DNA from: Girardia tigrina
Taxonomy: Eukaryota
Direction of reading: 5' to 3'
Assembly (NCBI GenBank): GCA_001938485.1
Contig: MQRK01237146.1
Span: 14,606-78,605 of the forward strand
Length of the DNA: 64,000 nucleotides
A program made the position numbers and the translations under genes. The notes under the pieces are model-generated. The model was not told where the DNA came from. It was given only the letters and a program-made list of their open reading frames with translations, and did no database searches. Shown here piece by piece: positions 38,286-52,819 of the stretch; positions within the stretch are counted from its first letter, which is position 1, and every line of letters begins with the position of its first letter.

Positions 38286-40149
38286 AAAATAGAATCGAAA
38301 AATGAATTTTTGACATTTGAATAATAATGAATAATAATGATAATTGACATTTATCTAATCCATTCGAAACAATTTACATTTAAGATGTAAATTTAAATAT
38401 TAAATATTTAAATATAATAAATATTAAAATAAATATAATATAAAAAATAAATTATAAAAAAATATTAAATAAAAAATATTAATAAAATTATAATAATATT
38501 TTAAAATAAATATTTATTTTTTTAATATTTAAAATATTTTGTTTGTTCGTGATTAAGATCAAGACTCATGATACTAAAATTTTATTTCTAACACATTACA
38601 TTTTAAGAACAAATTTATGAGGAACAATATTTTTAATAAACATAAACCAGATTTTTTAAATCTAAATATAAATATCAATATAATAATTAATGATATAGCA
38701 TCGATTTTATTTTGAAAGGTTTTTTATACTAAATTAAAAATTTATTTGCAATTTTTGTTAATCCGAAATATGATTTTAAATATTAATTATAAAAGTAATT
38801 TCCAATGTAAATTTTACAGCTAAAATTAATTTCGTAAAATATTTATTTTCATTCTTTTATTTTAACATTAACTGTAAAAATCCTTTTCAATTAAAATTTC
38901 CATTTTTAAATTACTGTTGTATAAACTTATGTTAATAAATTATTTGAACTTATTTTAGTTAAAAATATTATTTTATATTTTAAATATTCAAAAATTTAAA
39001 GTTCACCTAAAGTTCTAAACAGTTCAAGGGACATTTTTGTTTACCAATCAAAACTACATATTCAAGGATCCATACAAATTTAAATACTTAAAAATGGCAA
39101 TAAAAATCTCCTTTCATCTTGTCAATAAACTTTACAAATAAAATATTGACAAAATTAAATGAAAATTAATTAAATTTCCTTATTTAACAAAGTGCTCTTT
39201 TCATTTCGTTTAATCGAAATGGAAAATAATTTTTAATTTAATTAATTAACTTTAAAAAAGTTTCAGTTGCAACTGTTATCAGACAAAAACATTTCTAAAG
39301 TCGCAAATTATCAAAATATTTCGTTTAATATTTTCTATATGTTCATATGAAGACTAAATAATTTAGACGCCCAAGGGGAATGGAATATTTATGTAACTTA
39401 TTTATGAGGTTTTTAAAATGATGCTGTTAGTGAAAGAGTTTCCGTTCCACTAATTGAGCGGACCCAATATCGTCCTGGGGGAAAAGACGGTTTTTGAAAT
39501 GATTAAAATGAGAGCAATTTAAATATTTGTTTTACATTTATTTGGTCTAATTTCCATTATTTTAATTATATCCTTTCAATTATATTTTCATCATTTGTTC
39601 CGTATTTGCATATCTAGAAGAGCTTATTATTTTCGAAATAAAAAAAACAGATATTGATATAATATTTGATTTTGAATTATTGAATAAACTTTTATATCAG
39701 GTCTTACTCATCCATGGTTCCCTAAAACATTCTATGTGGATGATGGAATTGTAAAATGTATAAACATATTACATTGCTCACAACTCCATCATACCAACCA
39801 GGATATCATCAAATGGTAGGTATCTGGGAATGCGTATTTAGTAACCTCACCAACAACTATAGTCTAATTGATCCAGGAACTTTATTAATTACCTCAAATT
39901 AAACAAAGGAAAGTCAAATTAACTTTTTTTATTGTGTACCTCATCTGTGTCGTCGGTGTGTGAGAATTGAAATAAATTGAACTAAAATTAATTAAATTAT
40001 TAACAAAGTAATTAAATAAACAGAAATTTGATGTATGTCTTAAATAAACTCTTGTAATTCTTATCATTTTTATCATAATTAATTATCATATATTGAGTGT
40101 TGTTTGGGTGACATAGCCATACATCAAACAGTGTCAATATACATATATA

Positions 40150-41190
40150 CATTAGCTTAATATAAGCCTCCCCCGACTGGGCGGATAACTGAGTATCGTA
40201 GAGACTGCAGTACGAGCATTGACGCACAGGGTAGTGAGCCATAGACTGTGTATCGGATAGAAACCAGAAATAGACAATACAGAGCCTATTGAGTTTCTCG
40301 CAAGGCTTTATATCAAATAATGCGAGACTTTGCTGTTTAAAAACATTTCATACACTGAGTAAAGTGCAGTGAAATATCCCCACATCAATTGTATTACTTA
40401 ACCGTAAGTCAAGAACAACCCTTGAAATCACTCCTGAGTCCGTCTCCGCGGCACCGTCGAGGGGACTGATACATCATCTATCACGATCGGGTTCTAAAAT
40501 TCTGTACGTCCTTCATCTTCGTTATTTAGTGAAACGCTTGTACCACTAGTAATGCCTTGGTTTTGGTGATCGATAAATAAATGTCGGTTTAACAATCTAT
40601 CCATTTTATAGGTCTTGTGAAACTATTCCATGGGACATTTAAAAGGTTTGTCACCATTCTAATGATGCGACGTCGTGACTATATGCACATTTTTGATGTG
40701 TCTTTTTAGTTCCTTCTGTTCCGTAACAGCTTTGAAACAAGGAAGATAAGTGCATTGCACTCTTTTGATACGCAACTGGAGCATTTTTGAATACTCTTCT
40801 CTCTGTTTAATCACTTCTGTCAGTGATTTGCCAAATAACCAGAGCATATAGCGGAAAATTAACGCTCTTTTATCAACTGCTTTTACGGCCGCTGACTGTT
40901 CTATTTCCTAAGGTCATTTCAGAGTTTAAAACTTTTTTTATATCACGTGCATCTTTTCGTTTATCGTAGTCAAAGAATAAAATACACCGTTTCACTAGTA
41001 CCACATGCGCCTCAGTCAAGCCAATTGACAAATCCGTATTACATATTCTGTCAAATTTAGTTTTACTAAGAGCAGTGCTTATGCAGGTATTGTGAAAAGC
41101 TTTTAACCAGACTAACTCTTTGTCAGGTGTTGCCCAGCACTCATTCCCATAATACACTGCAGGAAAATGCTTGATTCGATTAACCTTCAT
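40150..41190 (-). mobile_element. 5'-truncated RTE-like LINE with C2H2 tail (second, divergent family)
   Basis: PAVYYGNECW...LKAFHNTCISTAL...SGRKSS, then WLFG, then CTYLPCFKAVTEQKELKRHIKNVH; collinear with the 25230-26235 element. Confidence 0.7.
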
Positions 41191-43608
41191 TAAAATTAGG
41201 TTAATAAAAACGTTTTACACGATTATTTTAACATTTCAATTTTAATTTATAATTATTATTTTCTTAAAACAATGGGCTTAGTTATCTTACATCTGACTTG
41301 TTTTCTTACTTTAATTTTTGTCATGGATCAATAGGACCAATGTTGATGTATTAATTCAAGAATCGAAAAGAACACATTCATTCTCGATGGTTTATAATGT
41401 TTGGAACACATTGCTACTGCAATACGACTGTTAAATATTTTAAATTAACATAAGTACAAGTTACAATTTTTATTTTGTTGGAATTCCATACCTCCTTAGG
41501 CATGTCCCTACCAAGCAGAGGTTGAAATGGATGTGTCTGAAATTGAGTTATCTTAATATTTGTAAATATATTTGTATATTAAAATCACATATTCTTATTT
41601 ATGATAAAAAAATTAATCGTGATATATATCTACAATTTACAATTTGTTTATCTGACTTATTATAAATAAAGTTTTAAACACCTTGTTCTGAAATTTGTAA
41701 AATATATTTCCAATTGCTCAGAATTTTGATTGTGAATTTTATGAGTGGTAATTTGTGATCAAACCCTTAGTGCTAAAGTTGACAGCGAGAACAGTCGCAT
41801 CAATTGATATTAGGAAACATCGATTTTGTTCGACGAAATTGCCAAATTAGCGAAAAAAAATCGTTGATTGTATATTGCCGATAATTCAGTCACATTTCCT
41901 CATCGAGGATATCCAGTCGTATAAATCTTCGAGGATCATCGATCGATCGAATCAAAACTATGTGAGTGGCAGATTGAATGGCGCATTTGTGGTGAGATTG
42001 AACTCGAATATCGCGGCAAATCACGGTTCATTCGGGATGCCTAAAAATCCCTTACTTTGCTAACTCTCACTCGCCCCGAACTCAAAAAAAAATTAAATAG
42101 GTTGATACTAATGAAGTGACTGCAAAAACAAATGTAATATTTTTTTTCAAACCCTACTATTTTGAAATATAACAAAAATAAACCAAAAAGAAATTACAAC
42201 TGTACTTAATCAAATACTAAAAAAAATAAAATCAATAATGAATACCTTTCTGAAGTGACCAAAATGGTTTCGACAAATGCTGCTGTGAGGAATATGCGGT
42301 GTGTAATTGTTTTTTGTAGTGTTTGCATGTTTAAATGTTGTGTGTTAATTTGGGATTGTGCCTCTCCTAACCAGATGGATGATCAATATTTTAATTCTTG
42401 TTATCTGAAACTAATTTATTTAAATTTAGATTTAATATTCAAATTTTTATTATTGGGACTTTTAAATAATTTTATTGATTTTATTTTTGTAAATTTTTAA
42501 ATAATTAAAATCAAATTAATGTTTAAAAATGACTATATAAATATTTTATTTAAGCCAATAAAATTTAAATTAAATATTTTTTAATAAAATAATTTTCTCA
42601 AGTAAAGTTCAGATTATAATGAGAGAGATTGAAAATTGAGTGATGGATTATAGTGAAAGCAATAATATTGATCATCATAAAGGTGATAAGAAATGTGAAT
42701 GTAATAAATGTTCTGTCAAATGTGTGAGTTCTATTAACAGCTAGTGTAAGTAGCGTTTATGCCACTTTCATTATTATCGCATTCTAAAGTCATAATTTAA
42801 CACCACAAAAATTTATTCATATCAACAATTCACATACTTAAACAAATTAATTCAATTATTTCGCCCAAAATTGATTTACCATTCTTTTCGATTAAATTTT
42901 GAAAATTCACGAAAATTAAACCTTAAAAATAAATTTACATTTTTTGCAAAAATTTTACAAAATCTTTACCTTAAAATAATTTTGCATTTTTTTACTAAAA
43001 ATTTTATAAAATTTAAAATGTAAAATACTTTTACATTCTTACGAAACTTTATCATAAAAACTAATTAATTTAAATTTACAATAAGACCTTTTATTAAAAA
43101 AATTATTTCTAAAAATATTATTTATTTTAAACTTTATTTAAACTTATTCCACTTATAAAATATATTAATTGCTATCAATGTAAACATATTTTAAACACAT
43201 ACTCATTTTATCATACTTTTACTCTGCATTTTAATTTTCTAATTTATTTCCTTTAAATTTTCAAAACTAAAAAAAATAATAAACTATTTTGGCGAAACTT
43301 AAAACTAACCCCTCATAGCTACAAAATAGAAATTTTTAAGGTTTGGAAACGGTGTTTAACATACACATATTTATTGATATAAATAAATCACATTCGTCTC
43401 GATCACATCAAAATATCGATCAAATTAAAAAGTTTTAAAAAATTAAAATCACAAAAAAAATAAAAGAAAATTGATTATCAGTTTGAAATAAATCTTGAGG
43501 ATGTCTTCAATAAGTTTCAGATACCCGTCCAGTTCAATGAATATAAAACTGTGCAAATAGATTATTGTTGAGTTCGATATGTAAAAGATTTCATCTGAGT
43601 AATAATCT

Positions 43609-43790
43609 TTATTGTAATCTTCTGCAATTTTTAATTTTTTTACAAAGACCTGAAGAATTTCCAACAACAATACATTTCCGGCACCTGAAGACGCATCTGT
43701 CCTTGATGTGTTTGTTACAGGAGAACTTTTGACAAACAATACGCCTTGTTCCGGGGCAGCCTGTATTTGTAATGTTTACTGAAGCTGAAA
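43609..43790 (-). mobile_element. possible piggyBac cysteine-rich C-terminal fragment
   Basis: TRRIVCQKFSCNKHIKDRCVFRCRKCIVVGNSSGLCKK Cys spacing; no termini seen. Confidence 0.4.
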
Positions 43791-44049
43791 TATAAATAAA
43801 TAAAATTATATTATTCATTCAACGAAAGGGATTATCTGTAAAACGTTTCAGACACCAATTTATGTAATCCTTTTTTAAGATAACAGTTTACGTATTTGGA
43901 CTTATTTTGTTTTTATTATTTATTCGAGAAAAATGTGGCTTTCAATTTCTTTAAATTATTTTTAAATTAATGTAGATAAAATAAAATATTTTACACTTGG
44001 AAAAAATATATTGTAATTATTATTTATGCAAGGGTAGTCCTTAAATGTA

Positions 44050-45100
44050 CTCAACCATTTGTTAAGATCAGGACACATGTAGAGTATACTCACCATATTT
44101 TAAAGTTATCTTTAAAAAGGTTTGGTGAAATTTGGTCATGATATTTAACCCGGCTCGGATTCGAATTGAGTGTTACTCCAGAAATCATGCAAAAGGTGCT
44201 AAAATACGTATTGGGTCGGATGTGGCGGTTTAAGAGAATAACGAGGCGTACTATGATAATATTGTAAAGATAATATTTAGAAAATACTGCCAATGTGTCA
44301 GTGATGGCGGTGCTGGAGAGTCTTGATCTGGAAGGAAAAGCTCCCTTGGCGATAGACCGTTGCTGATTCTTGGGGCTGGTAGTAAAAACTGGAATAGATT
44401 GTCAGCTGCAGGGGTGTTGGGATCGGAGAATTTCGGAACTGCTAGAAGGTATTACCCGTTGTAGTCTTTTTGCACGGCACTAGAATTAATGTGGATGGTT
44501 GTGGCCGGTGTGTAATGTTGCCAAGCAACTTGCGTGAGGTAGAGGCTGGGACTCAATGGTGGAACCACAAGTAGCCAAAATTGTTAGCACTTATCTGAGC
44601 GGGTTAAAACTAAAGATCTTGCCTGGGGAGCCTGAAAAGTGCTTATAATTTGAAAGGGCGTCATGATTGAAGATATCGGGGTCAAGGATGCCTGCTGGCT
44701 TCGTTTGAAGGACGATAGTGGTCACATAAACTATGCATAACTTCAGGCATCAAATTGGTGCTCGAAATTGGCAGTGAAATAAGAAATCTGTGAGTTTAAG
44801 CTTCTAACCAACTGTACAAAATCTCACAAATGGCTCAGAACAGCGATTACTGGATAAAAACCCATTTTATCTCAGTTCCTCAGTGAGCTATGGATTAGGT
44901 ACAGAATCAAGGAATCTCGGAAGGGCAAAGGAATGCGATAATACCTCTAGTGAGCTTTGAAGAGAATAAAGAGGATGCGTTGACTTGAGTGCAAACTCAT
45001 TTTGGACGATGGCTAAAACCTTGACAGGGTTTTTTTTGCATCAATAACATCTTGAGAGTAACGAGAACCTAGCGACAGTCTAAAGCAACTTCATGATATC
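44050..45100 (-). mobile_element. very decayed non-LTR RT remnant
   Basis: GC-richer block with SILDPDIFN (GSxLGPxLF-like) and RVKY..ISPNL (KYLG-like) traces. Confidence 0.35.
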
Positions 45101-46062
45101 AATCATTTCGGATTCAGGTGCATAATATCAGTTAATGTATCAATAATTCCTCACAATCATATTTTCTTTAACTAAGTTATTTATCAATGTTTTCTATATT
45201 AAAATGACTCTAACGATTGAACAATATTGAATATCACAGAAAATACCCTTGTTGATTTTCTAGCTTCCTTTGCATGCATCATACTAAAGATCAATTTTTT
45301 ATTCTTTTACTTCAAGCTTAGAAGAGTATTGAAGCTTTTATCTGATCAAATAAATAATCAATGGAATATTGAAAATTGCTTTCCTCAACGTCAGCATAAT
45401 AACAAGAGATTTGAGGTACAAAGCAATATTTTCTTTGACTTCTTTTAAATTTAGATGAGGACATATGAATATTTTAAGTATCAAAACAATAAAGATAACT
45501 TATCGTTAATCACAAATGAGATATTTACACATACATATATTCAAATATAATGCTATGTAAGAGAATTGTCCAGGTCAACCCTACCAAAGTGAAGTAAATA
45601 AATAAAATCAGATCATTTGAATCAAAACCAGATAAACGTATTTTGGTCACCAAATTCTCAATGTACAGCAACTGAAATCGTCCAAACCTTCCAAAAACCA
45701 TGACGTGTGACTAAATGGTTTCTTTTGATGACGTAGAGTACTCACATCAGTGACTCAGTATCACCAGCAACCTTGTTTTTTTGTACTTTGAAAAAAATAT
45801 GCAACATAAAAATAGATGTAATAACACGAAAATGATCTTTCACGATGAGTAATATTATAACAAAAAATAGAGTATTCTCCAGAGTTCAAAAATCCATTCA
45901 GATAGCTGATGTTTCCAAAAACACAGATACCAAAAATCAAATCTAAACATTTAATAGAAAAGCTTGATGCTCAAAATTCTTTGGGTTAATAATATAGACA
46001 TTTGTGCAGACTTCTAAGAGAAAGACATCAGACTGAACCTTTCATACTTCTGTAATCTCGAG

Positions 46063-46097
<35 letters not shown>

Positions 46098-46245
46098 TAC
46101 ATATATAAATATATATGATAAAAACATATACAATAAAATACCGCATTAATTATTTCATTTACACCATATAATCATTTTTATGACAAAAAATCGATATTAA
46201 GATTATTAAAATTTATTATTTGTAGGTTAAAAAAAGATTAATTTT

Positions 46246-47365
46246 TTAGGTTTGTACAAGGGTTTTTAATCTTTTAAGTTTTTAGATCTATTTTAACGGA
46301 ATGAAATCATCTGATATTTTCTGGTACAAGATAGTCAGATTGGAAAGCCTTTCTAATTAAATCGGTTCTCTGACTTCGAAAGGAATTTGAATCCAATAAC
46401 TACATAATTTTCATAATATTTATTCAATTTTATCGAAATAATAACCATTAGAATCAGCACATTATTGCTAAAAAGTCGCAAGGCGATTGATTTCATAAGC
46501 GAAAAGAGTTAATAGAAAGGATTGAAGTCAAAGTATGTTCCTTTTGGTTAATCCTGATTGGGAAAGGTCCTACCGAGGAGAAAGTTTTTAAGATGCTTGA
46601 AATAATAATAATTCATTTTCAAAAGATCTGTGGAGTATGGTCAGGCTTTGTCATGCAAGATTATTAAGGTTTTATATTAGACAATACGGCTGCTGTTGAC
46701 GTAAATTTTCAAACATATCATTGATTCTTAGTCAATATGACACTGCTGCAATAGTCTGACCCATTTTCTGAAAGTTTTAGTGGATGTCATCTGCTGCAGA
46801 CAATCATATCATAACAATAACCTCTTAGCGAGTTATTAATAATGTTTTCAGAGCTCATTGTTGTCCAGCTACTGTCCATAACGCTCTCAGTTGCCGCACG
46901 GAATCCATCAGACACAATCATCAAACCAATCAGACACTTCCAATAGTGGGTCGCGCAAATTTATTGTTGCGCAAAATCAGGGATGAAGAACTTAAATAAG
47001 AAAATGCTTTCCGATCATTCAAATTGTGAGGGAACCCTTTATCAAGCTTTTTCTCTTTCTCCTTTCGATTCAAAGCATCCTCAACTGCATGGGGACTAAA
47101 GTTAAGTTTCTTTTGCTATACCTCAAACTACTTGGGACAAAACGGCTTCAACCAATGCTCTCATTTTGTCATGCTCGATAACTGAAGATTGACCGGTCCT
47201 TGGTGCATCTTTAATACCAAAATGAAACATTTAAGTTTTTGAAAAAAAGTGTCACCTTATAATACAGAAATTTTTCAATAAAACAATTTATTAAAACAAA
47301 TATATTAAGAAATATGCGACGAAAAAGCATACATAAAAAGATTCATAACTTTCTTGCAAACCTAA
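46246..47365 (-). mobile_element. old mariner element
   Basis: Diverged TIRs TTAGGTTTGTACAAG...AATCTTTT and TTAGGTTTGCAAGAAAG...AATCTTTT; IKDAPRTGQ...DKMRALVEA and IILHDKA*PY. Confidence 0.75.
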
Positions 47366-47819
47366 TATTCTGTAAAATAGAATTTTACTATGTTTCAAAA
47401 AAAATTAAATAATAACGTTAAGTTATAAAATCTCTAATTCAATAACTAATTTGTCGAAGTATCAGTTAAAATTTCTGTTATGTGGTTTTCATCCCTGAAT
47501 CAAGTTTTAAAGGCAGAAATTGAGTCATTTTATAAAAATTAAATTAATAAATTAAAAATATCGATATTTGTTTTCTAGTTTTAAATAAGATATAATTTAA
47601 TTTTAATATTTATATCAATGATTTTGAATTTTTTTTGTAATTTAATACAAACTAACCGTTTATAGTTTTAAAAAACTTTTTAAATGCAGCAAGAGAATTT
47701 AATGTGATTCAGTTGTTTAATTAATTGGGCTATTTGGGGTAAATTTTAAATAAATCATTCATTATTGTAGTGATATTTTTTCTTTGTTCACTTTTTAAAA
47801 AAATGATATTTTTAAATAT

Positions 47820-47865
<46 letters not shown>

Positions 47866-48233
47866 AAAAATAGNNNNNNNNNNNNNNNNNNNNNNNNNNN
47901 NNNNNNNNNNNNNNNNNNNNNNNATATATATATATATATAAAACAAAAAATAGCCATTTTTCCAAACATTTATTTTTATTTTGCAATACTAGTTTCGCCA
48001 TCTTCAGTTGACTAATTGAAATTTCAGATTTAAGTCCCTGTTATATAGCGGTAGACTGTTACGCAATACTCAATTTAAGGCTTTTTTTATTTTAATTTTT
48101 TTAAATAAAAAAAATAACAAGAAAAAACGTCTAAAAATCAATATTCAAAATTTTAATTATTTATTCAAAAAGAAAAAAAAGACACAAAAAAGAAGAAAAC
48201 TTAAAAGAAACAGAAGACAAAAAAAACTAAGAA

Positions 48234-49100
48234 TTAAAATATTTTAATATAATTTGAGGAATCACTTTGAACATTTAAACATGGTTTATAATGCTTAATT
48301 AACAATGCTTTAGTGATTATCCTCTCCTTATAATTGTCAAAATTTTTACATAAAACTTTAAATTCTCTATCACTCCCTATATTTTCTCGATCCCTACAAT
48401 TCAATATATGATTAAGAATGGAACTGTTTCGACTCGATTGAGTGTGTTCAGAAATTCTAGTTTGAAGATGACGGTTTGTCTCTCCAATGTACAAGGCTTC
48501 GCACGGGTGACATTTAAACTGATATACTATATTTTCCTGCACATTCAATGGAGTTTTTGATTTATTAGAAAAGAAACCAGAAACTTTATTTGTGGTAAAA
48601 ATTACCTTCAATTTAAAAATTGAAGAAGTTCTTTTCATTAATGAATTTTTGAAATCTTTTGCTCCCTCAGAAAATGGTATCTTTAAGGTGATGTTTAACA
48701 CATTCTCAGTGTTATTTGGAACTTCGATTATGTTGTGACTTTTATTATTTGATTTCCTAAATATGGAGTCAATGGCATCTTTAATAAGCTTATTTACATA
48801 GTTTTTATTGTAGCCATTCTTTTCTAATCTATTTTGAAGGTCGTTTAAACCATCGTCCACATTCCCATATGAGGAAGATAAATTCCATACTCTATGCACT
48901 AGTCCATTTACCATAGTTCTGTTATACTTAGGGTCACAAAAGTTTTTGGGACCACTGTATAATCCAGTATCAGTGGATTTTCGAAACACCTGTGTACTGT
49001 TGTTCATCGATATTCTTTTTATGAGGACGTCCAGAAATGAAATACTTTTAGATTTTTCAATTTCACAAGTGTATTTCATGTTTGGGTGTAACCCATTCAT
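48234..49100 (-). CDS. Penelope RT C-terminus plus GIY-YIG endonuclease (partial ORF, uninterrupted)
   Basis: LHPNMKYTCEIE..ISFLDV..VFRKSTDTGLY; IVYQFKCHPCEALYIGETNRHLQTRISEH...SILNH (CCHH); ALLIKHYKPCLNVQ. Confidence 0.9.
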   Translation of the reverse strand: MNGLHPNMKYTCEIEKSKSISFLDVLIKRISMNNSTQVFRKSTDTGLYSGPKNFCDPKYNRTMVNGLVHRVWNLSSSYGNVDDGLNDLQNRLEKNGYNKNYVNKLIKDAIDSIFRKSNNKSHNIIEVPNNTENVLNITLKIPFSEGAKDFKNSLMKRTSSIFKLKVIFTTNKVSGFFSNKSKTPLNVQENIVYQFKCHPCEALYIGETNRHLQTRISEHTQSSRNSSILNHILNCRDRENIGSDREFKVLCKNFDNYKERIITKALLIKHYKPCLNVQSDSSNYIKIF

Positions 49101-49300
49101 AAATTTTAAAAACTCCTCAATATCACCCTTATTTTTTTCTTTCTGAATAAATAATTAAAATTTTGAATATTGATTTTTAGACGTTTTTTCTTGTTATTTT
49201 TTTTATTTAAAAAAATTAAAATAAAAAAAGCCTTAAATTGAGTATTGCATAACAGTCTACCGCTATATAACAGGGACTTAAATCTGAAATTTCAACTAGT

Positions 49301-49335
49301 CAACTGAAGATGCCAATATGGCGAAACTAGTATTG
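49301..49335 (+). ncRNA. minimal type I hammerhead ribozyme (PLE-associated)
   Basis: CAA-CTGAAGA-T-GCCA-ATA-TGGC-GAAA-CTAGTA-TTG; palindromic ACTAGT stem III; GUA cleavage triplet. Confidence 0.8.
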
Positions 49336-51558
49336 CAAAATAAAAATAAATGTATGGAAAAATGGCTATTTTTTGTTTTATTAACCCGATTGCCATTGGA
49401 ATTAATTGAAAATATATATTTACATCAATATTACACATAATAATATTACTTTTTAGTGGTTATAGAAATTTAATAAATCCTTCAATTTTTTTAATAATTA
49501 ATAAATTATTAAATGTATTTTTGTCAACGTTTTAAATTATTTAAATTCTTCAGTTACAATTTTTTATTCTTGAAATATCAATAATAAGATATGAAAATTA
49601 ATATATTTTAAGATATTTACTTCCACGAGCTAAAATTTATTTAGTAATCATTTTAATTAAATTTAGAGTGTATGTAGTTAGTTTAAACTTTGTCTAGCTA
49701 AATATTTATTTTAAAATTGAAAAAAATTAAAATAAAAAATCCCCAAACAATTTTTTATAAATTTTTAAGTGTAAGAATTAGAATGATAAAAGTAGATATT
49801 TTGATTTCTAATATTAAATTATCAATATTTTAATATTATTTCATATATCATTTATTTATAAGATACAGTTAAAGTGAAAAATCACATAAATCACATAAAA
49901 GTTGTTTGAATATTCAGAAATATTCAGAAATGATGATAAAATACATTTTGGAAATTTTTTTTTACAAATTATATTGAATGAAGAGGAAAATATAAACGCC
50001 ACCAATGACACTCCTAGTAATAAGAAAAATGTCAATTTAAAATAATAAAAAATAAAACAAAATAATTCAGTATTTTAAAAGCATATATATCAGTATATTC
50101 AGAAAATTTAAAACTACATCTGTGAGGAATATTTTAAATTTGGTATGTTGAAATTGGTTTGTTGAATTTTGTATGTTGAGTTTAGTATTTCGAAATGTGT
50201 TTCTCACACCCAGATGGAAAACTGATATTTTAGATGTTCACGATAAATAATTATTGGAGTATAATTTGCATTTTAAAGTACAGCATAAGATATTTAAAAA
50301 ACTTTAAAAATATTAAATCGTTTCAAATTTTCATATTAAAATTTAAATAAAATAAATAGTTTTAACTAAGTTTTGAATTAAATAAATGTTCTTTCTTTAC
50401 ATAAAATCATTATTTAAATAAAATTAATATGTAGATAAAATTATTACTAAAATTACCAAATTTGAACTGTAAAAATAAAATCTGAAAATAATAAAAAATT
50501 TGTTCGAATAATTGTTTATTAACAAACAATAACTAAAATTTATCAATTTAGAACGATGTCGAATTACGAAAGCTTTGCTGAGAGTTGTCCAAAAGACAAT
50601 TCTGATTGTATTGAAAATAAAAGTTTGAAAACCCATGTTGGTGTTCTTAATAACATTAAAGTTGAAAACCTTTTAAAATTAAAGTTTTATTTCAAAATCA
50701 CCCAGAAAAAACTAATGTGTTCAATTAAAACATGGGCTTAAATATATAAAAATTAAAAAAGATATTTCAAGAAAAATACTGAAAAATAAACAACCCAAAA
50801 AGATTAATAAATGTTTAATTCAATTCTACTTAAAATAAAATATAAACACATTTTCAAATATTTAATTTAAACTAATGAATTATTTAAAAGAAATTAATTT
50901 AATTAAAAACTATTGCAATAATTTTTTTAATTTTTAAAAAAGAAAAAGGATTAACCAAATAAATGAAATTGGCGATTAAAGTTATTTAAGAAAATGAGAT
51001 AAAAATTTGTTTAAATTTATGTAATATCATTATTAAAAATTTGATCATCATGAATTCTAGTTCGAATATTGAAATTAATATAAGCTCAACTAACACAGAG
51101 AAAGCTAAATTCAGAAAATATTTTAGAATATCTTTTTAGAGTATTTGGTCATTATATATCCACGTTTTATTATCCATTTCAATGACATTAAATATGAATA
51201 GATAATCAAAAGGTAGAATAAACCGGGATTGAAAGTATTAAATACATCTAATTATGATTGTGACACTTCAACGTAAATATTTTTACTTATAGAACTATTA
51301 TTCAAAAATTATACATAAAAAATTAAAATAGATATAAAAAATTAAATATTTTAAGTAAAATTCAGGATGTTCTTTAAATAAAATAAAGTATCAACTAAGG
51401 CCAAAAAATATGTGGACGCTAATAATTCAAGAATGTCATAAGTTTGTTTTTCATAAATTAAAATTAAAAGATTCAAGTATTTCAATTAGGTCTTTAAAAT
51501 TTTAGCAATCATAAACTTAATATGAGTATAGCTTTATGAATTACCATGTGCTAAATTA

Positions 51559-52549
51559 GGGATCTGTAAAATTCGTTCCCCAAATTTGTCTCCGTGAAAT
51601 TTCAGGAAAATGTATTTATTTTCAAAAATATAGAAAAATTATTTTTTCAAAAATGTATTTATTTTGAGATGATCGAAAATTTTCAGAATGATTCTATGTC
51701 TTACATTTATTCACCCATCAGATGTTCCAGATGTCTTCAAAGAATAACTAAACTGTGACGAATTCTCTATTGAAGTACTTTCAATTACTTATTTTTGAAA
51801 GATACATAAATTGGAAAAAAGATGCGCTTTTACGTAGATACTCTATTTTCGAAATAGAGATTTGGAATCATTACCAGCGAACATTAAATGAACATCCTCG
51901 TTTAAATAATTATATTGAAGGTTGGCATTATAGACTCACACAGTGTGTGGTACAATTTACCAAAATATACATATAGATTCATCGATTTTCTCAAAAATAA
52001 CAAAGTTACATCAATATGATCGCTCTCAGCTAAATTCTGATCTCATCACTACTAAAAATGAGAAATATCAAAAGATTTTAATACGAATTCATACAATTGT
52101 TTGTGACCATGATATGCGTAATAATATTGAGTTTCAAAGAGATATTGCTTTTAATCTAAACATATAATTTAAAAGAATTTAAAAATGTGAATAAATAAAT
52201 TTTATAAAATAATCCTTCTTAGTTTTGATTTTATTTTTAATTTTATTTATTATTTGTAATGCGTCATATTAATATAAAAATGGTTTTACATTTACAGTGG
52301 TTATTTTAACCCTATATTTGGAATAATTTAAAACAAAATCATTTTCTTAAAAATCAACAGATCCTACTAATCCGTACCAATGAATTTGATATGCATTTTG
52401 ATCAATAAATTTGTCACAATAATCTTTTTTATGATTAATTAATTACTTGTCATCATGGGGACGATGTTATTATCTCTATATGAAATTAAATATGACATAA
52501 AGTATAGTTGTTTAAGTAACGAATTGTGGAGGACTACTTTACCGACACC
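51559..52549 (+). mobile_element. MULE internally deleted element
   Basis: GG...CC ends with a degenerate TIR; TSD TGCTAAATTA (51549-51558) / TGCTCAATTA (52550-52559); IEIWNHYQRTLNEHPRLNNYIEGWH. Confidence 0.85.
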
Positions 52550-52819
52550 TGCTCAATTATGAGTTGATAATTGGCATTACAAAAATTTACTTTTGAGATA
52601 ATCAAAATAAGTATAGAACAGTCAATTAATATTTTTCAAAAAAATATGTATACAGGAAAAATATTACTAACGTTTATCCTGTGACACCATTTAAAAATGG
52701 AACCATAATAATTGACTATACACTTTTTACATAATTTCGAAAGCTTTTACTTTGTTTTATTACAAATTAAAGCTTAAATTCATTATTGATGAATTTTCTC
52801 CTCAAATGTTGTATCAAAG

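Larger units (their letters stand above)
47939..49380 (-). mobile_element. Penelope-like element, 5'-truncated, with inverted pseudo-LTR
   Basis: ORF 49100-48234 flanked by a ~230-bp near-identical inverted repeat (47939-48168 versus 49144-49380) that contains a hammerhead. Confidence 0.92.
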
